Positions 28,485 to 36,384 of a stretch of 64,000 bases of DNA are shown here, in pieces (position 1 is the first letter of the stretch; the number at the start of each line of letters is the position of its first letter). The notes below the pieces were generated by a model. The model ran no database searches and was not told the DNA's origin. It saw only the letters and a list, made by a program, of their open reading frames with translations. Position numbers and translations under genes: made by a program. Origin of the DNA: Candidatus Latescibacterota bacterium (GTDB lineage: Bacteria; Latescibacterota; UBA2968; UBA8231); contig OZ241867.1 of NCBI GenBank assembly GCA_965203175.1, positions 2,272,001 to 2,336,000 of the forward strand. Reading direction: 5' to 3'.

Positions 28485-29735
28485 GTGATGGAGCTTATTT
28501 CCTACGTCGCCCTGCTGTGGGCATCGTTCGAGCGCCTAGTGGCGGGGATTCCGCGCTTCCTCATCTTCGCCACGGCGACGTACATCATCCTCTATTTTAC
28601 AACGCTGGCCTTGGTTGCTGGGGTATATCGGCACTGGTGGCGCGCCACTTGGTTTCGCCGTCTGTTCTACTGGCAGTTTCCCGTGGCCCTATTGGGCGCG
28701 GTGTTTCGCATCCTGAGCCGCTACTACGATGTGCCTTGGCTGTGGGCTGTCGGTACGAGCCTGTTCTCGGCCCTCACTCTTTACCTCGGGGCCTTCTTCA
28801 TAGCCGCACTGCTGATGACGCCGGTTGTCGTGGGCGTTTTGCTCTACGACCGCTTGCGGCAAGGGGGGGCAGAGGAACCTAGCTCGTTTGAGCGGCGGCG
28901 CTTCCTCAGCCGCGGCCTCGCTGTGGTGCCCGCTCTCGGGGCGGTGGGCGTCAGCCACGGCATCTACACCTCTTGCACTCACGCGCGGATGCCTGCAGTG
29001 CCGCTCCGCTATCCCGACCTGCCCGCCGAGTTAGAGGGCTTAAAGATCCTCCATCTCAGCGACATGCACATCGGGCCGTACGTCCAGCTCGCCGACCTCG
29101 AAGCCCTGCTCGCGCGCGCGGCTCAAGCCGCACCGGACTTGATCGCGATCACCGGCGATGTATGCGACCACAATCCGGATTACTTGGCGACCCTGCGCCT
29201 GATCGAAAGTGTACCAGTCCGGCTTGGGACCTACGCCAGCTTGGGCAACCACGAGTACATGCGCGGCATCCGCCGCATCCGTCGGCACTTCGACCAGACT
29301 GCGATTCCCTTGCTCGTGAATGAAGGGCTGGTGGTGCCGGTGGGCGCGGCGACGCTCTACCTCGGCGGGGTTGACGATCCGCGCTTCCTGCGCAGCCCGG
29401 CGTCCTACGCACGACTCCGCAACTCAGTGGAAAAGGCCGCAAGCGCGTCGCCGAGCGATGCCTTCACTGTGCTGCTGAGCCACCGCTCGCAAGCCCTTGA
29501 CTACGCCGCGCCCCTCGGCGGCACTGACTTGATTCTGGCTGGTCACACGCATGGTTTCCAGCTAGGCATGGCTGGGCGCAGCTTTTTTGAGCCGTTTTTT
29601 CCCGAGCGCTATATCTGGGGGCACTACGAAAAGGGATCCACTCAGCTTTACACCACGGCCGGCGTTGGGCACTGGCTGCCCTTCCGCTTCGGCTGCCCGC
29701 CCGAAGCCCCGATCATCACCCTGCACCGAGCTTAA
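28485..29735 (+). CDS. Membrane-anchored metallophosphoesterase (YkuE-like)
   Basis: SDMH, TGD, GNHE, LSH and GHTHG motifs; N-terminal TM helices and an RRRFL segment. Confidence 0.88.
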   Translation: MMELISYVALLWASFERLVAGIPRFLIFATATYIILYFTTLALVAGVYRHWWRATWFRRLFYWQFPVALLGAVFRILSRYYDVPWLWAVGTSLFSALTLYLGAFFIAALLMTPVVVGVLLYDRLRQGGAEEPSSFERRRFLSRGLAVVPALGAVGVSHGIYTSCTHARMPAVPLRYPDLPAELEGLKILHLSDMHIGPYVQLADLEALLARAAQAAPDLIAITGDVCDHNPDYLATLRLIESVPVRLGTYASLGNHEYMRGIRRIRRHFDQTAIPLLVNEGLVVPVGAATLYLGGVDDPRFLRSPASYARLRNSVEKAASASPSDAFTVLLSHRSQALDYAAPLGGTDLILAGHTHGFQLGMAGRSFFEPFFPERYIWGHYEKGSTQLYTTAGVGHWLPFRFGCPPEAPIITLHRA

Positions 29736-29750
29736 AGAAAGGAAAGTGCT

Positions 29751-30449
29751 ATGCGCGTACTTGTAACCGGCGCAGCCGGCCGTGTCGGCTCTACTGTAGC
29801 CCGCGGCCTCAAGGATCGCCACGAGGTGCGCGGTCACGACCGCGTGCCCATGCCCGACCTCACTGATACGGTCGTCTCCGACCTCACCGACTTTGACTCC
29901 ATGCTAGAGGCTACGCGGGATGTAGACGCCGTTGCCCACATTGGGGGTCTGCCCGGCGGCAACGAGTGGGAGACGATGCTGCAGAGCAACTTCATCGGCA
30001 CGTACAACGTCTTTGAGGCCGCGCGCCAAAACGGCGTCAAGCGCGTCGCCTATGCCAGCCGCGCCGGGGTCTTAACGCTCTATCCGCGCAGCATTCACCG
30101 CACGGTCGATATGACTACCACCCCAGTGGGTATCTACACAGTCAGCAAGGTTTTCGCCGAGGCGCTGGCCCACTCTTTTGCCCATCAGCACGACATGGAA
30201 TTTGTCTGCGTGCGCATCGGCAACTTCAACATTGAGCGCGACCAGCCCGAACATCCGCACCATCTCAGCCACGGCGATTGCGTGCGGGTTTTTGAGCAGG
30301 CGCTGATTCATCCGGGCGTAAAGTTTGAAATCGTCTTTGGGGTGTCGGGCAGCAACTGGCCACTCTACGATGTCGAACACGGCAAGAGGGCGATTGGGTA
30401 TGAGCCGCAGGATTATTCGGAGGTGCCGGAAGAAGAGTGGGGGAGGTAG
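29751..30449 (+). CDS. NAD-dependent epimerase/dehydratase (uronate dehydrogenase-like)
   Basis: TGAAGRVG, YTVSK, RIG, LSHGD. Confidence 0.82.
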   Translation: MRVLVTGAAGRVGSTVARGLKDRHEVRGHDRVPMPDLTDTVVSDLTDFDSMLEATRDVDAVAHIGGLPGGNEWETMLQSNFIGTYNVFEAARQNGVKRVAYASRAGVLTLYPRSIHRTVDMTTTPVGIYTVSKVFAEALAHSFAHQHDMEFVCVRIGNFNIERDQPEHPHHLSHGDCVRVFEQALIHPGVKFEIVFGVSGSNWPLYDVEHGKRAIGYEPQDYSEVPEEEWGR

Positions 30450-30528
30450 GGCTGCTTAGACACCAATGAGACACTGACAGCGGTAAAATGCGTTGGACGC
30501 TTGGGCTTGAGACGATGGGCACTTTTGC

Positions 30529-30556
30529 TTGACAGTCTCCGAGTCCTTGGTACATT
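30529..30556 (+). promoter_or_regulatory. Sigma-70 promoter of the capsid-antitoxin/vapC operon
   Basis: TTGACA (30529-30534), 16-nt spacer ending TGG (extended -10), TACATT (30551-30556). Confidence 0.7.
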
Positions 30557-30621
30557 TCACAACATCATTAAAAAACGACATAAGGCGGGTACCTCTGCGA
30601 TGGAGATACCCGCTTAAAAAT

Positions 30622-31620
30622 ATGCAATCAGACGTTGCAGTAGTCAGAAGAAACGATATGACAGATTCGGAGCTTCAGAAAAGTCGAGAGCTTCTCGAAA
30701 GTTTGACGGTCGAGAGCTTACAGACCTCAGAAGGCCAGGAAGAATTTAATCAGGCGGCGGGAAAGTACATTCGGGGCAAGATCAAAAAGATGTCTTTGTT
30801 TTACAAGGTGATGCCCCCCCAGATCGTAACCGAAGACAAATTGGAGACCATCCTTGGCAACGCGACGGGCGAGCAGCCTGATCTAAGATGCTTCAGGCCC
30901 AGTGTACAGAAGCCAGGCATGGCGATGTTGATGGACATGGGTGGCGAGCCAGTCCCCGAGTATGTAGACGGTAAACAGCGGCTTCTCATCCCGATGCGTA
31001 CTGTCAAGACCAAGTGGTTTGAAAAGACCGCCGAGGAGCTTTCAGGCTCTGGCATCCTGAAGGTTGTCGAGGAGATGGCCTCTTGGGAGGTCAAGGAGCG
31101 TGACAGGAAATTTCTGAAGTACTGCGAGCTAGTGGTCGCGCAGTCGGGACAGGTGCTTAGAGAGAATAGTCCCCTGCAGCACGATCATTTCCGCAAAATT
31201 CAGCATCCGGCTCAGGGTCATGAGATCATGCCCAAGATGGTTCTTCTATCCGAAATAGCCTTCATGGACTTGGACCTACCAGACTCTGCTACAGAGATTA
31301 ACCCCATGACATGTATTCGCTCAATCGACAACGATATACTTGCTTCGACAGAGATATGGTCTTTTCCAGCACCAGACTCTCTGGGATACAATCTGTATTG
31401 CGGGAATTACAAGGTCCAGAGTCAGAGGAAAGCGGACGGGTGGAGGTTCATAGGATGGGAGATGGTTGGTGCAGGCATTGGCAATATCAATGGCATTACT
31501 AAGCTCACTATAACGTCGTCTCGCCGGTTGGGTTTTATGGACGGAGAGATCAAAGTCCCCGACGACTTCGACAGCATGGGCGATTCTGAGATAGAGAAGA
31601 TGTTCGAGGAGGATGAGTGA
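30622..31620 (+). CDS. Phage major capsid-like (HK97-fold) protein fused to a Phd/YefM antitoxin C-terminal tail
   Basis: Body resembles large-phage capsid proteins as recalled (EGQE..AGKYIR.K...VMPPQIVT; KWFEKTAEEL; DRKFL; IRSIDNDIL...F..PDSLG...WEMVGAGIGNINGITKL). Last ~32 aa RRLGFMDGEIKVPDDFDSMGDSEIEKMFEE match VapC-cognate Phd antitoxin tails. Start 30622 or 30658. Confidence 0.7.
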   Translation: MQSDVAVVRRNDMTDSELQKSRELLESLTVESLQTSEGQEEFNQAAGKYIRGKIKKMSLFYKVMPPQIVTEDKLETILGNATGEQPDLRCFRPSVQKPGMAMLMDMGGEPVPEYVDGKQRLLIPMRTVKTKWFEKTAEELSGSGILKVVEEMASWEVKERDRKFLKYCELVVAQSGQVLRENSPLQHDHFRKIQHPAQGHEIMPKMVLLSEIAFMDLDLPDSATEINPMTCIRSIDNDILASTEIWSFPAPDSLGYNLYCGNYKVQSQRKADGWRFIGWEMVGAGIGNINGITKLTITSSRRLGFMDGEIKVPDDFDSMGDSEIEKMFEEDE

Positions 31621-32003
31621 CTTTATTACTGGATACTCATCTGTTGCTGTGGGCGGCAGGCGACTCAGGACAGTTGTCATCGAAAGCTCAGAATCTTCTC
31701 GGCGACCCCGCTACGGAGCTGATGTTCAGCACCGCAAGCATTTGGGAGATCGTCATCAAGAGCGCACTCGACAGAGACGACTTTCGCGTTGACCCGCAGC
31801 GGTTTCGGAATGGCCTGATACAAAACGGCTACAGCGAACTAGAGATTCGATCCGAACACGCGCTCGCTGTCGGGTCTCTGCCGCTAATTCACAAGGACCC
31901 CTTCGACCGCATACTCATAGCGCAAGCGCAGGTCGAAAATGTCACGCTGCTTACCACGGACGACAAGATGGCCCGCTATTCCGGTCCCATCCAAGTGGTC
32001 TGA
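31617..32003 (+). CDS. vapC: VapC family PIN-domain toxin
   Basis: LLLDTHLLLW, SIWEI, HKDPFDRILIAQA, LLTTD with acidic catalytic residues intact; SD GAGGAGG; GTGA overlap with upstream gene. Confidence 0.92.
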   Translation: MTLLLDTHLLLWAAGDSGQLSSKAQNLLGDPATELMFSTASIWEIVIKSALDRDDFRVDPQRFRNGLIQNGYSELEIRSEHALAVGSLPLIHKDPFDRILIAQAQVENVTLLTTDDKMARYSGPIQVV

Positions 32004-32053
32004 TAGACTCCCAAACATCGTGGAATACCAGACGATGTTTTGACGGCTATATG

Positions 32054-32098
32054 TGGCACCTGCGCCCGCCATGCCGTGACGTAATCGCGTGGGATCAC
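32054..32098 (-). pseudogene. 5' remnant of AbiEii nucleotidyltransferase toxin
   Basis: GTGA overlap with abiEi stop; reads MIPRDYVTAWRAQVP (typical AbiEii N-terminus MIPRDYITEWR..APW), then similarity is lost. Confidence 0.65.
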
Positions 32099-32904
32099 GC
32101 ATCCACCTCAATTTCGGTGTTGACGAGCAGCCGCCAGTCCTTGGCGCGCGTCCCGTGGTCGCTGGCACCGGCTGGCAGAAGCAGAGCAGTGTCGCGCGCC
32201 CGCTGCCGCACGTGAGCCTTCAAGGGCAACGTCTTGTCCCCTGCGCCGACGAGTTCGAGAAGGTAGCCGAGACGCTGTGCCCAAGGGATGGGAGCCGTTT
32301 GCGCTGCTGTTACCAGTAGATCTGGATCGATGCGCTCGGCGAGTTCGGAAAGGACGGTCGCGGCTCGATCTAGCCCTCCGATACGCTTTTCATAACCGAC
32401 CAGATCGACCGCCGTTGCCTCAATGATTGAGGCGAGGATCGTTCCGCGCGGCGTATTGAAACTCTGAACCGGTACGTCAGCGATGCGCTTACGTGCTATA
32501 AAAGAGACTTCGACGGTACCACAGGAGATTGACCGGCGATTCCCGGCAAGAGCGACTTGGAATGCTTGCGGGCGGTGATGTGCTGCGCCGTGATACTGGG
32601 CGGCGGACAGGAGAGCAGCATAGTACGGGCGTTGCAGACGCTCCATGAGCGCCGGGATGAACTGATCGGCGGGCAGGCAGCCGATGCGCCGATATTCTGG
32701 AGGCACGATGACATAGAAGCCGCGAGCGGGGCTTGCGACCACTCCTTTTTTTGCCAATCGGTGCAGGGCAAGTCTGGTCGCGGCGGTGGATACCCCAAGC
32801 GCTGTACGCAATTCCGCTGTTGCGAAGTGGTATCGGCCATCGGCGGCAAACTCGGTGATGAGATCACCGGCTCGGGGTTTGGCTGTTTCCATTTTCATGT
32901 GCAT
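32095..32904 (-). CDS. Type IV TA antitoxin, AbiEi family
   Basis: GRYHF, ARGFYVIVPPEY, YYAALLSAAQYHGAAH..PQ, TAVDLV, QRLGYLLE, W.LLVN. Confidence 0.88.
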   Translation of the reverse strand: MHMKMETAKPRAGDLITEFAADGRYHFATAELRTALGVSTAATRLALHRLAKKGVVASPARGFYVIVPPEYRRIGCLPADQFIPALMERLQRPYYAALLSAAQYHGAAHHRPQAFQVALAGNRRSISCGTVEVSFIARKRIADVPVQSFNTPRGTILASIIEATAVDLVGYEKRIGGLDRAATVLSELAERIDPDLLVTAAQTAPIPWAQRLGYLLELVGAGDKTLPLKAHVRQRARDTALLLPAGASDHGTRAKDWRLLVNTEIEVDA

Positions 32905-32974
32905 AAAGTATTATTATTCGATATATTAGGCAAGTGATTCCGTGTTGATTTGCTAATTCAGAAAGGTAAAGCTC

Positions 32975-33847
32975 ATGGACCCAAGCTGCTTGCAGTACTG
33001 CATGACCGATGCACAGCGCGACCATTTTGAGCAGCAGGGATACCTGATTGTCGAGGATGCGCTCGACGATGGCATGCTGGGCCGGCTGCTGGAGGCCGGC
33101 GATCGCGTCGATGCCGAGGAAAGGGCGGCGCGCGGCTTGGCACCCAATGCCTTGCTGTCGAAATTCAGGACTATTGTCGAGGATGATGTTTTTCTCGAAC
33201 TGCTCGATTGGCCCAAGACGTTTCCGCTGATTTGGGATATTCTCGGCTGGAACGTCCAGCACTACATCTCGCATTTGATCTACTACCCGCCCGAATCCAA
33301 AAGTAGCGTCAATCTGAAGCCCGGAGGCTGGCACCAAGACGGCGGCCGGCCGGTCCCCGAAATGGAGCGTCCCCAACCGAGGTTGTCGCTAAAGGTCGGA
33401 TTCTGGCTGACCGACATCAGCGAGCCGGAGAGAGGAGGGATTAGGATTGTTCCCGAAAGCCACAAGGGGGACCATCCGCCCGATTTTGCCGATGCGATGC
33501 AGGTTCAGGTGAAGGCGGGAACGGCCGTGTTGTTCGACCGGCGGATGTGGCACGCGCGCGGGATTAATACTTCGGAGACGACCCGGAAAGTGCTGTTTTT
33601 GGGATATAGCTATCGCTGGCTGCGCGGCCTCGACTACAACCTGATGCCCGCTGAAATCCTCGCCAAGTGCAGTCCAATACGCCGGCAATTGCTCGGCGAT
33701 GGGGTGGACGTCAAAGGGTGGTGGCAGCCGACAGAGGAAGACGTTCCCCTCAAGGGCTGGCTGACCGAGCACAAGGGAGAGGAATACGTCGAGCGGATTG
33801 GGCAAAAGCAGTGGGAAAGGGAAAAGTGGGAAGTGCCGGTCAGCTAA
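32975..33847 (+). CDS. Phytanoyl-CoA dioxygenase (PhyH) family protein
   Basis: FEQQGYLIVED, WHQD, GTAVLFD.R.WH. Confidence 0.85.
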   Translation: MDPSCLQYCMTDAQRDHFEQQGYLIVEDALDDGMLGRLLEAGDRVDAEERAARGLAPNALLSKFRTIVEDDVFLELLDWPKTFPLIWDILGWNVQHYISHLIYYPPESKSSVNLKPGGWHQDGGRPVPEMERPQPRLSLKVGFWLTDISEPERGGIRIVPESHKGDHPPDFADAMQVQVKAGTAVLFDRRMWHARGINTSETTRKVLFLGYSYRWLRGLDYNLMPAEILAKCSPIRRQLLGDGVDVKGWWQPTEEDVPLKGWLTEHKGEEYVERIGQKQWEREKWEVPVS

Positions 33848-33889
33848 CTGTTGCATTGACGCGTAAGCGGCTCAATTGGAGTCAACCAC

Positions 33890-35449
33890 ATGGACATCGA
33901 ACTCGGCGTAAAAGCCCAAGTCGCGGCCCGGCGCAGCGGGCATCCGTGGCTAGAGGGCGACCACCTAGCGCTGGGGCCTGGATCGCAGTTGTTCACCGAC
34001 TGGCGCTACGTGCTGCCCGGCGAGGTCGGCGCGATGGGCCCCTATTGGGCCGAACCGGACGGCACCCCCATACCGCTGCGACTATGGGACGATGTGGATC
34101 GGCGGGATCGTCCCGTCCGCGCGCGCTTCGTGCCCAGCGACGTGCCCAGCGGTATCCGCATCGTCGCGACCACGGCCCAGCGGGAAGGACCATTACCAGT
34201 AGGTGAGCCACCCGGGCGAAGGATTATTTACCGCGATGGGCTGTACCAGACTTGGTTCGATCGCGGTACCGGCGAGGCCATCCGTCCCCTGTGGTACGCT
34301 GAATCCAACGACGGGTATGAGTACGGTGGCGAACGCGAATGCCAGTTCGATTGGAGCGCCGCACCCGAGGCCGCTGGCCACGAGCGCACGGAGATATTTT
34401 TCGATCCCTCTGCACCCGCTGAGGAAAGCTACAAAATGTTCTTCCGCTGTGGTGTCCCCACAGACGGCGAGGCCCGGCGACAAATCCTTGAACATTTCGC
34501 CCGCGAGCGTCCCGACGACATCCATCCCCTAGGCGGTGATTTCCGCTATCTGTCCGGCATGTGGGGAGCCACGTCGCCGGATGGCGTGCATTGGACGGTG
34601 CTGCCGGGGCCTTTAGTCATCCACTACTCCGACACGACCAACGTGGTTTACTACGACGAGCGGCTGCGGCGCTACGTCTGGTACGCCCGTTGCAGCGCGT
34701 ACGGCCGCCGCTGTATCGGCCGGGCTGAAACCGAGGATTTCCGTCGCTGGCCGCTGCCCGATCTGCTGGTGTGGCCCGGGCTCCACCACCATCCGGCCGA
34801 CGATTGGTACACCAACTCCAAAACTCTCTATCCCGGGACGGTCGATCAGCATCTGATGTTTCCCGCGCTCTATCACCACATGGACGACACCTCGGAATTG
34901 CGGCTTTTTTCGAGTTCCGACGGAATCGTCTGGTCGGAAGTGCCGGGGCCGCCGTCTTTGCCGTCTGGGGGTGCAGGTGCTTGGGACGAAGGATGCGTCT
35001 TTGGCGGTACGGACCTGATCCCGCTCGGTGCTGATCGAGTGGCGCTGCCCTATGGCGGCTATCGCTTTCCGCACAAATATCCGCGCAACCCGCATACTTT
35101 CAGCCACGACTGCGGCTATGCCGTGTGGCCGGCTGAGCGCTTGGCCGCGTTGGAGGCAGAACAGGATGGCAGCTTTACTACCCTGCCGATGGTCGCAACC
35201 GGTCGGCGCGTGCGGCTGAACGCCGCGGTCAAGGCCGCCGGTCACATTCTAGTGGAAGCTGCCGATCACAAAGGTCGCGCCCTGCCCGGTCACACCTTTG
35301 ACGATGCCGTGCCGATCTTGGGCGATTCCCCGCATCATCGGGTGGCGTGGCGCGGTGGGGACCGCATACAATTGGAGGAGAGGCGGTCCTTCATGCTGCG
35401 CTTGCGCCTGCGCTGTGCCAAGCTCTTTGCGTTTGAGGTAGAAGAATGA
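33890..35449 (+). CDS. Hypothetical protein, glycoside-hydrolase-like five-bladed beta-propeller
   Basis: Asp-box-like SPDGVHW and SSDGIVW; YSDT; C-terminal GSFTTLP...LFAF beta-sandwich. Confidence 0.6.
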   Translation: MDIELGVKAQVAARRSGHPWLEGDHLALGPGSQLFTDWRYVLPGEVGAMGPYWAEPDGTPIPLRLWDDVDRRDRPVRARFVPSDVPSGIRIVATTAQREGPLPVGEPPGRRIIYRDGLYQTWFDRGTGEAIRPLWYAESNDGYEYGGERECQFDWSAAPEAAGHERTEIFFDPSAPAEESYKMFFRCGVPTDGEARRQILEHFARERPDDIHPLGGDFRYLSGMWGATSPDGVHWTVLPGPLVIHYSDTTNVVYYDERLRRYVWYARCSAYGRRCIGRAETEDFRRWPLPDLLVWPGLHHHPADDWYTNSKTLYPGTVDQHLMFPALYHHMDDTSELRLFSSSDGIVWSEVPGPPSLPSGGAGAWDEGCVFGGTDLIPLGADRVALPYGGYRFPHKYPRNPHTFSHDCGYAVWPAERLAALEAEQDGSFTTLPMVATGRRVRLNAAVKAAGHILVEAADHKGRALPGHTFDDAVPILGDSPHHRVAWRGGDRIQLEERRSFMLRLRLRCAKLFAFEVEE

Positions 35450-36249
35450 CACCAAGCGAAATGCAGCGCCGCATCGCCGAAGAGGGTTGGTGCGTGATCG
35501 ACGCCGTGATCCCACCCGAGGCAGTGGCACAGGTGCGAGACAGCATCCTCGCCACGGTCGCCTCCCACAAGCTGCCCGATCCCCGCAGTCAGCTCGACAA
35601 GGTGTCGGGACTGGTCAACTTCGACCAATCCTTTGTTCCCTATCTGGCGGAGCCGCGGCTGTTGGGCCTGTGTAAAGCGCTTTTGGGTGAGCATTTGCGC
35701 GTCTCGTACACCACCTGCATGGTGACGCATCCGGGCAATGCGCGCGGCGCGTTGCACGCCGACTGGCCGTTCAATCAGCAAAATGCCGGGCACGTGCCGG
35801 CGCCGTATCCCGACGCGCTCATGCATGTGACGACGATCTGGATGCTGACGGACTTTACGGCTGAAACCGGAACGCGGATTGTCCCCGGGACGCACCGCCA
35901 GCGCAACAATCCCAGCGGTGACAATGGCGTACCACTCCTCGAACCGCACCCCGACGAAATAACCGTCTCCGGCGAGCCGGGGTCCGTGCTGGTGATGGAT
36001 AGCCGCCTGTGGCATGCGATTAGCCCCAACCGATCCACTCAGTCGCGGGTGGCGCTGCCCATTCGCTTTGCCCCTTGGTGGCTAAACTTGGACTCTCTGC
36101 GGCCGGATTCCGACGAGCGCAAGCGGCTCACTGCGGGCGGCCTCGCAGAGAATACTGTGCCCCTGGTACCGGAGCGGGTATTTGCAAACTTGCCCGACGA
36201 GGTCAAACCCTTGTTCAGGCACTGGATTGAAACTGGTAGTGACCATTGA
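35446..36249 (+). CDS. Phytanoyl-CoA dioxygenase (PhyH) family protein
   Basis: EEGWCVID, LHAD, TRIVPGTH, DSRLWH. Confidence 0.85.
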   Translation: MTPSEMQRRIAEEGWCVIDAVIPPEAVAQVRDSILATVASHKLPDPRSQLDKVSGLVNFDQSFVPYLAEPRLLGLCKALLGEHLRVSYTTCMVTHPGNARGALHADWPFNQQNAGHVPAPYPDALMHVTTIWMLTDFTAETGTRIVPGTHRQRNNPSGDNGVPLLEPHPDEITVSGEPGSVLVMDSRLWHAISPNRSTQSRVALPIRFAPWWLNLDSLRPDSDERKRLTAGGLAENTVPLVPERVFANLPDEVKPLFRHWIETGSDH

Positions 36250-36384
36250 AAGACCCGGATACAGTCATTAATATATGCGATTGCGTTGGAGACTCTCCCG
36301 CTCTCCCCGCAAAGCTGGATGACGAGGGGTGCTTGACGGAAGACGGTCCGCCCCCGTGAGAAGGTGAAAAAGAAGGCAAACAAG

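Noticed and set aside
30529-30621. ORF-track TTG start of the 363-aa ORF
   Set aside because: The TTG is the -35 hexamer (TTGACA) of the predicted promoter; translation more plausibly starts at ATG 30622 or 30658.
30450-33000. Prophage around the capsid-like gene
   Set aside because: No terminase, portal, tail, integrase or att-like repeats were seen; flanks are metabolic and TA genes.
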